64,000 nucleotides of DNA, taken from contig CAWCRS010000009.1 of NCBI GenBank assembly GCA_963798085.1, positions 256,001-320,000 on the forward strand, in the 5' to 3' direction. Made by a program: the position numbers and the translations under genes. Origin of the DNA: an uncultured Gemmatimonadales bacterium (GTDB lineage Bacteria; Gemmatimonadota; Gemmatimonadetes; Longimicrobiales; RSA9). The notes below the pieces were generated by a model. It was not told the origin of the DNA. It was given only the letters and a program-made list of their open reading frames with translations, and ran no database searches. Below are positions 10,676-20,095 of this stretch, piece after piece. The stretch's first letter is position 1. Each line of letters starts with the position of its first letter.

Positions 10676-11223
10676 GAGTGCGTTGTCGACTGTTCCAGTA
10701 CAGTATTCGCCGTGCGACGCGTTGCCGTGCACGACAACGCGTGCATGGTGCGGCCTCGCGGGACTGGTCATCACAAACGTGCGAACCACGAAAACCTGAC
10801 TCCGCATTTCCACCCGACCACGCGGGTAACGCGGGGGACGCTGACCGCGAGCCCCTGTAATCCCTGGTTAGGGGGCGCGCCTGCGGCGGAACCGTGCGCG
10901 TCAGCACGCGCGGAGCGTCGGGCAACGACGATCAGTCTGGAAAGCGTGTACGGCGAAGTGCCGCACCGGAGAATCCGTCCACCGTGATATGACCGTGCAC
11001 ACGCGAGGGCGCAGCACCGCGTCGCGCGCGGCAGAGATGGACGGACGGCGCCAAAAGGCACGTCGGCCGCAGTGAAGAACGTTCGAGAGAATGCGAAGCT
11101 GACTGTGTGGCGCGGGCCGCATGAAAACGCGGCGCCTGTCAAGGTCGCGCGGACCGTCTCGACCGCATACTCTTCCGGGGCGCAAGGCGGCGGCTCGCAA
11201 CCGTTCCGGAGGGGAGGTCGACG

Positions 11224-11802
11224 ATGACGCCTGACGATTCACACCGCAGACCGCATCGCACCGAATACTACATGGGCATTGCCATCGCCGTGCGGCGGCG
11301 GGCGAACTGCATTGGCAACCGCGTGGGCGCGGTGCTGGTGCGCGAGGATCGCATCATCTCGACCGGCTACAACGGCACGCCGCAGCACATGCGCAACTGC
11401 GATGAGGGCGGGTGCGAGCGCTGCGCCAACCGCGATCGCTACCCGTCGGCGACGAGCTACGACCTCTGCATCTGCGTGCACGCCGAGCAGAATGCGCTGC
11501 TGAGCGCGGCGCGCTTCGGCATTCCAGTGGAAGGCTCCGTGCTGTACACCACGCTGCGGCCGTGCTTCAACTGCGCGAAGGAGCTGCTGCAGGCGAGGGT
11601 GCACGCGGTGTATTACCTGCACGACTGGAAGCCGCCGGCCGATGATCTGGGCCAGCAGTATCAGCTCCTGGAGCAGCGCTTTCCGGGTGGCGTGGCAAAG
11701 ATCGACATGGCGGATGCGGATGCGACGTGGGCGCTGTCGTCACTGCGCGAAGCCGGGAGCGGCGGCCCGGCAGCTTCGCCGGCGGATGCAAAGTCAGGAT
11801 GA
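11224..11802 (+). CDS. dCMP deaminase family protein
   Basis: Motifs VGAVLV...ISTGYNG, CVHAEQNA and RPCFNC (zinc ligands). Confidence 0.9.
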   Translation: MTPDDSHRRPHRTEYYMGIAIAVRRRANCIGNRVGAVLVREDRIISTGYNGTPQHMRNCDEGGCERCANRDRYPSATSYDLCICVHAEQNALLSAARFGIPVEGSVLYTTLRPCFNCAKELLQARVHAVYYLHDWKPPADDLGQQYQLLEQRFPGGVAKIDMADADATWALSSLREAGSGGPAASPADAKSG

Positions 11803-11834
11803 CGGCGCGTCGTCGCCTGAAGTGAGATGGCGAG

Positions 11835-12254
11835 TCAGTGCGGCCAGGCCTTCAGGATGAGCAGCACCAGCGCACCGACGAGGGCGAGGAAGATGGCCTG
11901 GCTCAGGATTCGGCGCACCGCATGCGGACCGAACAGACCGGAGCCGGTGCGATCACCGTTGCGGAATGCGAGCGTGAAGTGCGTCTCGACGGGCACCGGT
12001 CGATTGCCGAAGCCCACGGTTTCGAGGGACTGATCCACGAGCGCGCGGTCTTCCGGTGAGAGCTGGCGGGAATCCGTGAACACCCGTGTCTGAAAGCCGG
12101 TTCGCCACGGTCCTTTTTCCAGCAGGTCCGGCACGCCGTTGCCGTTACGATCCTGCATCAGGTTCATGGCTTCCTGAAACCGTGCACGCACGTCGGCCGG
12201 CATCTCATCCGGACTGGCGTACTCGACGCCATTGAAAACGATCGCAGGCTTCAT
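11835..12254 (-). CDS. Hypothetical protein with Ca-binding-like loop and C-terminal transmembrane helix
   Basis: MKPAIVFNGVEYASPDEMP..., DRNGNGVPD loop and a hydrophobic C-terminus. RBS gggagg. Confidence 0.65.
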   Translation of the reverse strand: MKPAIVFNGVEYASPDEMPADVRARFQEAMNLMQDRNGNGVPDLLEKGPWRTGFQTRVFTDSRQLSPEDRALVDQSLETVGFGNRPVPVETHFTLAFRNGDRTGSGLFGPHAVRRILSQAIFLALVGALVLLILKAWPH

Positions 12255-12320
12255 GGGTCCATTCCTCCCTGTCGAAGGATCGGTCCTGCCGGGCGCGCGC
12301 ATGAGTTGCGGTGAGGCCGC

Positions 12321-12803
12321 GTGACGGCGCCGCGGCGCAGTGCCGGGCTGCTGCTGTACCGCTGGGGCAGGGACGGGCCGGAGGTGCTGCTGGCGCACCC
12401 CGGCGGCCCGTTCTGGGCGAAAAAGGATGCCGGCGCCTGGACCATACCCAAAGGGGAGCTGAAGCCGGATGAAGATGCGCTTGCCGCCGCGCGCCGCGAA
12501 TTCGAGGAGGAGACTGGCATCCGCGCGAGCGGTCCGTTCCTGGATCTGGGCGAGATCCGGCAGAAGGCGGGCAAGGTCGTGCAGGCATGGGCTTCGGGGG
12601 GCGACGCCGATCCCGCACGCATCGTCTCGAATACCGTGCGACTGGAGTGGCCGCGCGGCTCCGGCCGCTGGCTGGAGTTCCCGGAAATCGATCGCGGCGC
12701 CTGGTTCGGCATGGCGGAGGCAAAGCGCAGGATCAATCCCGCCCAGGCGCTGTTTCTCGATCGGCTGGCCGAGCGAATCGGCGAAGGCGGCGAGGGCGCA
12801 TAG
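12321..12803 (+). CDS. NUDIX hydrolase
   Basis: Motifs SAGLLLYR, HPGGPFWAKKD.GAWTIPKGE, AARREFEEETG and FPEIDR. Confidence 0.9.
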   Translation: MTAPRRSAGLLLYRWGRDGPEVLLAHPGGPFWAKKDAGAWTIPKGELKPDEDALAAARREFEEETGIRASGPFLDLGEIRQKAGKVVQAWASGGDADPARIVSNTVRLEWPRGSGRWLEFPEIDRGAWFGMAEAKRRINPAQALFLDRLAERIGEGGEGA

Positions 12804-13063
12804 TAGCAGCGTCGTCGCCTGCCATCCGATTTCAGGCGACGACGCGCTGTCCGATTCCGGGACGGATACCGCCTGCGGCGAACGCACGGCCGCCTGCCCG
12901 GGGTTGCTTCCAATATGCCAAGATCAATGCACACAACGGCTTGACATTGCAGTCGCGGACGGCACGGCCCGTGCCCGAGGGGAAGCCACCGTGAGCAGGT
13001 TCGCGCGCGCCGTGCTGCGGCCGGCCCAGCCATTGGGCCGGGACCCGAGCTTCCGAGGAAATC

Positions 13064-15484
13064 ATGGACGCATTCCGGCAGGATCTGCGTTTCGCCTGGC
13101 GCACGCTGCTATCGCGGCGAGGCTTCACGCTCGTGGCTGTGCTGACGCTGGCGCTGGGGATCGGCGCGACGACCGCAATCTTCAGCGTGGTGCACGGCGT
13201 GCTGCTGCGGCCGTTGCCGTATGCACAGTCGGACCGGCTGGTGCACGTGTGGCAGTCGGCGAAGGACAGTCCGCCGGGCGAACGGCTGCTTTCGCATCCC
13301 AACTTCCAGGACGTGGGCGCCGAGGCACGCAGCATCGAGTCGATTTCGCAGGTCGATGGCGTCAACCTGACGGTGAGCGCGGATGGTGGCGCGGAGCTGG
13401 TGCGTGGTGGTGAGGTGAGCGACGGTTTCTTTCACGTCTTCCGCGCGCCGCTGCTGCTGGGTCGCGAGTTCACGGCACTGGAGGATCGGTACCAGGGTCC
13501 GCTGGTGGCCGTGATAAGCGAGGGTTATTGGCGCGAACGACTGGGCGCGCGCTCCGACGTGGTGGGCTCCACCATCCGCATCGGCGGCGCCGACCACGAG
13601 ATCGTGGGCGTGGTGCGGGCCGGATTCTCGTATCCCGATGACGCGAGGATCTGGGTGCCCGTGCAGAACAACGATGAAGGCTGCGGCCGCGGCTGCGTGA
13701 CGCACGTGGCGGTGGCGCGTCTGGCGGCGGGCGCAACGCTGGGGCAGGCGAATGCGGAACTCGCAGCGCTGCACGCGCGACTGGAGAAGGCATATCCGCG
13801 CTCCAGCGCGGGGGGCGCACTGGTCGCGGCTTCCATGCGCAGCGTCGTGGTGGGCGACGTGCAGCCGGCGCTGGTCATCGTGCTGGGCGCGGTGCTCATG
13901 GTGCTGCTGATCGCCTGCGCCAACGTGGCGAATCTGCAGCTGGTGCGGGGGAACGGGCGGGTCACGGAGATTGCGGTGCGGTCGACACTGGGTGCGAACC
14001 GGCGCCGGCTGCTGTCGCAGCTGCTGACGGAGAGCGCGCTGCTGGCGGTGCTGGGCGCAGTGGCGGGCGTGGCGCTGGCCGCGTGGGGCGTGGATGCGCT
14101 GCGCCGACTGGCGCCATCGGATATTCCGCGGCTGGATGAAGTGCGCCTGGACGCGATAACACTACTGTTTGCAAGCGCCCTGGCCGGTGCCAGCGCCCTG
14201 CTGTTCGGGCTGGCGCCCGCGCTGAACCTGTCGCGCGTCGAGCTGGCGACCGCGCTGCGGCGGGGCGGGCGAGGCGATGTGAACGCGGGCCGCAGCGGCG
14301 TGGGGCGGTCGGCGATCCTGGCGGCAGAGACCGCGCTCTCCGTGATCCTGCTGCTGGGTGCGGGTCTCATGGTGCGCAGCATGGTACGGCTGACACGCGT
14401 GCAACCCGGTTTCGACACGCGGGGGGTCATGCAGTTCCGCCTCTCGTTGCCGGACGCGCGCTACCCGACGCCGGACGATAACGTGCTGTTCATGGACCGC
14501 GTGCGGGAGGAGCTGTCGGCGGTGCCGGGCATCGACAGTGTGGGCATCATGGTGGCGGCGCCGCTCACCGGCATCTCGCTGCACGGCGGTTTCACGCGCA
14601 CGGACCAGCCTCCTCCCGAGCCCGGCAGGGGGCCGCAGATCAACTACCGGGTGACGGACGGGTACGGGGCTGCCATGCTGCACGTGCGCCTGCTCCAGGG
14701 GCGCGGCTTCAGCCCGGCGGACCGCCACGGCGGGCAAGGCGTTGCGCTGATCAGCCAGAGCACGGCGCAGCAGTACTTTCCGGGCGAGGACGCGGTGGGC
14801 AAGGTGATACAGCTGCACATCTCGACCGGCTACGAAGAGGACGCGCCGCGCACCATTGTGGGCGTGTTCGCGGATGTGCGCGCCGGCCGGCTCAGTGCCT
14901 CGCCGCAGCCGGAGTTGTGGATCCCCTACGCGCAGGCCGGCTCGAGCTTTCCTAACGTGCTGCTACGCGGCTCGCTGGGCCGGCGTGCGATGATCGAGAG
15001 TGCCCGCGGTGTGCTCCGCAGCCTGGACCCGGAGCTGCCGCTGATCCGGCCGGTGCCGCTCGATACCTTCGTTGCCGAACAGCTGGCGCAGCCGCGTTTC
15101 TATCTGCTGCTGCTGGGACTGTTCGCGGTACTGGCGGTGGCGCTGGCGGCGGTCGGCATCTTCGGCGTGGTGGCGTTCGCGGTGTCGCAGCGCACGCGCG
15201 AGATCGGGGTGCGCATTGCCCTGGGCGCGCGCATCGAGCAGGTGATCCGGCTGGTCATGCTGCAGGGGCTGCGCCCGGCCGTGGCGGGTGTCATCATCGG
15301 GTTGCTGGGTGGCCTTGCCGGCACACGCCTGATGCAGGCATTGCTCTATGACGTGGCGCCGCGCGATCCTGTGACGTTCGCGCTCGTGCCGCTGGTGCTG
15401 CTGGCCGTGGTCGGCCTGGCGTGTGCGCTGCCGGCAAGGCGAGCGACGCGCATTCCGCCCTCCGTGGCGCTGCGCTCCGAATGA
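13064..15484 (+). CDS. ADOP-type duplicated MacB/FtsX ABC permease (no N-terminal prefix)
   Basis: [42 protein letters not shown] and ALRSE. Two periplasmic plus FtsX repeats. Confidence 0.93.
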   Translation: MDAFRQDLRFAWRTLLSRRGFTLVAVLTLALGIGATTAIFSVVHGVLLRPLPYAQSDRLVHVWQSAKDSPPGERLLSHPNFQDVGAEARSIESISQVDGVNLTVSADGGAELVRGGEVSDGFFHVFRAPLLLGREFTALEDRYQGPLVAVISEGYWRERLGARSDVVGSTIRIGGADHEIVGVVRAGFSYPDDARIWVPVQNNDEGCGRGCVTHVAVARLAAGATLGQANAELAALHARLEKAYPRSSAGGALVAASMRSVVVGDVQPALVIVLGAVLMVLLIACANVANLQLVRGNGRVTEIAVRSTLGANRRRLLSQLLTESALLAVLGAVAGVALAAWGVDALRRLAPSDIPRLDEVRLDAITLLFASALAGASALLFGLAPALNLSRVELATALRRGGRGDVNAGRSGVGRSAILAAETALSVILLLGAGLMVRSMVRLTRVQPGFDTRGVMQFRLSLPDARYPTPDDNVLFMDRVREELSAVPGIDSVGIMVAAPLTGISLHGGFTRTDQPPPEPGRGPQINYRVTDGYGAAMLHVRLLQGRGFSPADRHGGQGVALISQSTAQQYFPGEDAVGKVIQLHISTGYEEDAPRTIVGVFADVRAGRLSASPQPELWIPYAQAGSSFPNVLLRGSLGRRAMIESARGVLRSLDPELPLIRPVPLDTFVAEQLAQPRFYLLLLGLFAVLAVALAAVGIFGVVAFAVSQRTREIGVRIALGARIEQVIRLVMLQGLRPAVAGVIIGLLGGLAGTRLMQALLYDVAPRDPVTFALVPLVLLAVVGLACALPARRATRIPPSVALRSE

Positions 15485-15574
15485 CCGGACCACGGCGGCG
15501 CGAGTCATGATCGCGCGTCGCAGTTCGTTGTGGGCGCAGGCTGAACGGCTGAATTATGCAATGAGGCGAATTCG

Positions 15575-17990
15575 ATGAGTCTGTCCATGGACCTGCGCGT
15601 GGCGCTGCGCGGGCGTGCGTCGAGACCCGGCCCTTTCCCTGATCGCGGTGCTGGTGCTGGGGCTGGGCATCGGACTCACCGCGGCGATGTTCAGCGTGGT
15701 GCGCAGCCTGGCGCTGCGCGGTCTGCCGGTGCCGGAAGGCCAGCGCATCGTCGACATCGAGCGGCGGCCGCACGGCGCGACCGGCGAAGGCTGGGGCGTA
15801 CAGCCACGCGACTGGGTGGCGTGGCAGGAGCAGCAGCACACGCTGGAAGGCCTTGCCATCTATTCAACGAACACGGTGGCCGTGCGCGTGGACCGCGGCG
15901 CGTGGCGTTATCCGGCCGCGCAGGTGAGCGCCAATGCGTTCGAGCTGTTGCGCGTGCACGCGGCGCTGGGACGCACCTTCCGCACGGGCGATGATGCGGA
16001 AGGCGCGGATCCCGTGGTCGTGCTGGGTCACGATCTGTGGCGCGACCGCTTCGACTCCGATCCCGGCGCGGTGGGCCGCACCCTCTTCGTCGACGGCGTG
16101 GCGCACGTCGTGATTGGCGTGATGCCCGCCGGCTTCCGCTTCCCTTCCAGCGAAGATCTGTGGCTGCCGTTCGTGATTCCGGCCAGCGCGGTGACGTCCA
16201 CGAGCTTCCCCAGCTTTGGCGTGTTCGCGCGGCTGGCGCCCGGCGTTTCGCGCCGTCAGGCGAGCGCTGATTTCGCGGTGATCGCGGCGCGGCTGGAAGC
16301 GCAGTACCCGGCGACGAACCACAACATGGGTGTCGCCATCAAGTCCTTCACGGCTCGCGCCATGGGTGAAGCCGCAATCGCGCAGATGCTGGTGATCCTG
16401 GGCGCCGTCGGCCTGGTCCTGCTGATCGCGTGCGCGAACGTGGCCAACCTGCAGCTGGTGCGCGCGATTCATCGCATGCGCGACCTCTCCGTGCGCGCAT
16501 CACTGGGCGCCACCCGCGGCCGGCTCATGGCGCAGGCGCTCACGGAGTCGACCGTGCTGGCGCTGCTGGGCGCCGCGCTGGGCGTGCTGGTGGCGCTGGC
16601 CGCCACCGGCGGTCTGCGCCACTGGCTCACGAGCCGCCTGCCCTACTGGGCCGTGTTCCGGCTGGATGGCATGACTCTGCTGTTCGTGATGGCCGTGGCG
16701 CTCGGCGCCGGCCTGCTCGCGGGTGCGCTGCCTGCACTGAAGGCGGGGCGCGCCTCAATGCACGATGCGCTGCGCGATGAGGCGAGAGGCTCGACCGGAT
16801 TCCACTCTGGTCGCGCCATGCAGACGCTGGTCGTGCTCGAGATCGCGCTCTCGCTGGCACTCATGGTTGCGACCGGACTCATGCTGCAGGCAGTGCGTCG
16901 CGTGCGTGACGTGCGCGCCGGCTTCGCTGTGGATCGGACGGTGACCGCGCAGGTGACGGTGCCCGACGCGTGGGATGCGGCGGCCCGCCTGCGTTTCGCG
17001 GTGAGCCTGCAGACAGCCCTGACGCAGGCGCCGGGCGTGGCTACGGCGGTGCTTGCCTCGAATCTGCCGACCACGCGCGCGAACACGACGCGCTACGCGC
17101 TCCAGGGCCAGGCGTACGACGAGGATCGCGCCATGCCGTACGCGCGGCTGGTGTCCGTGTCGCCGGGCTTCTTCGAGCAGTTTGGTGCGGCGGCGCGGGC
17201 CGGCCGGTTGTTCGACAGCCATGATGGCGCGGCGGGCGAGCCGGTCGCCATCATCAACCAGCGGCTGGCAAACACGCTGTTCGGGAGCGCCGATCCGCTG
17301 GGCCGGAGCATTCGCACGGGTGGCAGGGAGTCGCAGCAGCCGTGGCGTCGCATTGTGGGCGTGGTGCCCAACCTGTGGATCGCCGGACTGGATGCGTTCC
17401 CGGACCGCAATCCGGCGGGCATCTACGTGCCGCTGGCACAGCAGCCGCCGGCCACGCTGGCGATCGCGCTGCAGGTACGGGGCGAGACCGCGGCACCTGC
17501 GGCCGCGATTCGCGAGGCGGTGGCAGCGCTGGCGCCGGATGTGCCCGTGTACGACAGCAAGCTCATGGGCGAAGTGATCGAGGATAACAGCTGGTTCTAC
17601 GGCATGGCGGCCACACTCGTGGGCACGTGCGGCGTGGCCGCAATGCTGCTCGCCACCATCGGACTGTACGGCGTGATCGCGTTCACGGTGGGCCGGCGCA
17701 CACGCGAGTTCGGCATCCGCATGGCGGTGGGTGCGCGGCCCGGCAGCATTGTGGCGCTGGTGCTGCGGCGAGGCTGGCTGCAGACGGGCATTGGCATGAC
17801 ACTGGGTTTCGCACTGGCGGCTGTGATTGGTGGCGGCCTGAGTACACTCGTGTTCGAGGTGAACCCGCACGATCCCGTGGTTTTTGCCACATTCGGCCTG
17901 CTGCTGATCCTGGTGAACATGACCGCCACGCTGGCGCCTGCGCTGCGCGCCGCGCGCATCGATCCGCTGCAGGCGCTGCGCTCGGAATAG
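15575..17990 (+). CDS. ADOP-type ABC permease, +1 frameshift near 15611 (probable sequencing error)
   Basis: MSLSMDLRVALRG in one frame continues as VRRDPALSLIAVLVLGLGIG in the next. Contains IACANVANL and DPLQALRSE. Confidence 0.88.
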
Positions 17991-17997
17991 CACGACC

Positions 17998-18609
17998 GTG
18001 CCGCGCCCGGTCGTCACGGTGTACGGCGGGGGCGGCGCCGGCGGCAGTGGCCGCAACAGCGTGTTTGCCGCCGCGGCCGCCTGGGCCACGGGACGGAATC
18101 CCTGGGCGCGTCTGGGGCTGCTGCTCGGCATGACATGGGTGTTCTGGCGGCATCTGCGGGACACCGGCTACAACAGCCTGCTGGGCGGCCTCAACCTCGG
18201 CATCCACGAGCTGGGCCACGTGGTATTCTCGCCCTTCGGGCAGTTCCTCGCGATTGCCGGCGGTACCCTCCTGCAGTGCGCGGCACCCATCATTGCCGGT
18301 GTTCTCTTCTGGCGGCAGCGGGATTATTTCGCGATCGCTTTCGCACTCTGCTGGCTGGGCACGAACTTCTTCGCCATTGCGCCGTACGCCGCGGACGCCA
18401 TCGTGCAGGAGCTGCCACTGGTGTCCGTGGGCTCGGGCGAGCCGATTCACGACTGGGGCTACATGCTGGGGCGTCTGGGCTGGATGCATCACGCCACCAC
18501 CGTGGGCGGTCTGTTCCGCGCGGCGGGCGCCAGCGCCATGCTGTGCGGGCTGCTGGCTGGAGGCTGGCTGGTGTGGCAGAATGCTGCGCACGCGCGAGGA
18601 GGCACATGA
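17998..18609 (+). CDS. Membrane protein with HExxH motif (M50-like)
   Basis: GIHELGH, several transmembrane helices and IHDW. Its stop overlaps the next ATG. Confidence 0.7.
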   Translation: MPRPVVTVYGGGGAGGSGRNSVFAAAAAWATGRNPWARLGLLLGMTWVFWRHLRDTGYNSLLGGLNLGIHELGHVVFSPFGQFLAIAGGTLLQCAAPIIAGVLFWRQRDYFAIAFALCWLGTNFFAIAPYAADAIVQELPLVSVGSGEPIHDWGYMLGRLGWMHHATTVGGLFRAAGASAMLCGLLAGGWLVWQNAAHARGGT

Positions 18610-19832
18610 GAACACGACCAGGCCGTGACGCTTCAGGTCAGAAGCGGAACCCGAAGCGGCGTCGTCGCCTGCTCCTGCTGTTTCCGGGACTGCTGGCCGC
18701 ACTGGCGCTGCGCGGTCCCTCACCCGGGCCAGCGGGTGTGCCTGACAAGGAGTCAGGCGACCGGCGGCTTCCGCTGGCCGGCGCCGCGCTGCGCACTTCC
18801 AGCGGGCGCCTGCTGCGCGCCGATGTGGTGGCGAGCGGGCTGGACACGCCCTGGGATCTGGCGTGGGGCCCGGACGGCGCGCTCTGGTTCACGGAGCGGC
18901 CGGGGCGGGTGTCGCGGCTGGACCTGGCGACCCGCCGGGTCACGCGGGTGGCGGACATTGCGGTGGTCGAGTCGGGCGAGAGCGGACTCCTGGGCATGGC
19001 CTTCCATCCCGACTTTCCCAGCCAGCCGTACGTGTACTTCGCGCACTCCTACCGCGGCCTGACCGGCATCAGGAACCGGCTGATCCGCATGACCTGGCGC
19101 AGCGGCAGGCTGGAGGACCCGAAGACGCTGCTGGAGGGCATCAATGGCGGCGGCATCCACAACGGCTCCCGCCTCACCGTCGGGCCGGATCGCATGCTGT
19201 ACATGACCACCGGCGATGCCGGCAACGGGGATCACGCGCAGGACAAACAGTCGCTTAACGGCAAGATCCTGCGCCTCACGCTGGATGGCCGGTCCCCGCC
19301 CGACAATCCTTTCGGCAGCGCCGTCTGGACCTGGGGCCACCGCAATCCGCAGGGCATTGCGTTCCGGCCGGGCACGGCGGAGCTGTACGAGACCGAGCAC
19401 GGGCCCAGCGATGCCGACGAAGTCAACCGCATCGAGAAGGGTCGCAATTACGGCTGGCCCGAGGTGCACGGCGCCTGCGACCGCGCCGACGAGGTGGAGT
19501 TCTGCCGCACGCACGAGGTAATGGAGCCGATCACCGAATACACCCCCACCATCGGCATTTCCGGCCTCGCCTTCTATGATAACACTGTTGTTAGCGGCTG
19601 GCAGGGCAGCATGCTGTACACCTCGCTGGTCGGCCGCAAGCTCATCCGCCTGGTGCTCACGGGCGACGGCCGCCATGCGGCGAGCCAGGAGATCGTCATC
19701 AACGGCCAGTACGGCCGCCTGCGTGATGTGCTGGTGGCGCCCGACGGCGCCGTCTACATCGCGACCAGCAACAAGGACGGCCGCGGCACCCCCGCCCCCG
19801 GCGACGACCGCATCATCCGCATTACTCCATAG
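18606..19832 (+). CDS. PQQ-dependent aldose sugar dehydrogenase (YliI/GSDH family)
   Basis: Motifs GLDTPWDLAWGPDG, GLLGMAFHPDF, HNGSRL, GHRNPQG, EHGP, NYGWP and GRLRDV. Confidence 0.92.
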   Translation: MRTRPGRDASGQKRNPKRRRRLLLLFPGLLAALALRGPSPGPAGVPDKESGDRRLPLAGAALRTSSGRLLRADVVASGLDTPWDLAWGPDGALWFTERPGRVSRLDLATRRVTRVADIAVVESGESGLLGMAFHPDFPSQPYVYFAHSYRGLTGIRNRLIRMTWRSGRLEDPKTLLEGINGGGIHNGSRLTVGPDRMLYMTTGDAGNGDHAQDKQSLNGKILRLTLDGRSPPDNPFGSAVWTWGHRNPQGIAFRPGTAELYETEHGPSDADEVNRIEKGRNYGWPEVHGACDRADEVEFCRTHEVMEPITEYTPTIGISGLAFYDNTVVSGWQGSMLYTSLVGRKLIRLVLTGDGRHAASQEIVINGQYGRLRDVLVAPDGAVYIATSNKDGRGTPAPGDDRIIRITP

Positions 19833-19950
19833 CTCTCTTCACCTCGGAGAGCGCGGTGGGCGTGGAGGCTGCTGCGCATGTGGGAGCGCCGAGGGCGATT
19901 GAACGGACGGATTGCTGGTTTACCGCGAAGTGCACGGAGGGCGCAGGCTG
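19833..19950 (+). repeat. Family C intergenic repeat (copy 1)
   Basis: ctctcttcacctcggagagcgcgg ... ctggtttaccgcgaagtgcacggagggcgcag matches the layout of 37105-37230. Confidence 0.55.
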
Positions 19951-20095
19951 CAGAAACGGGCGGGCGGGGCGTGGAGCGAGCCGTGAGCCTTGCGATGAGC
20001 GCCTCGACTGGCGGGGTGCGCGGGTGAATGCCACTGGACTTCGGAGTTGCGGCAGCAGGTTTGCTGCCATCCACCCTTCAACCTGGTGAGCTGCA

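Noticed and set aside
11224..11802. Anti-phage dCTP deaminase
   Set aside because: It is a stand-alone deaminase without the fused kinase-like domain or any defence-island context.
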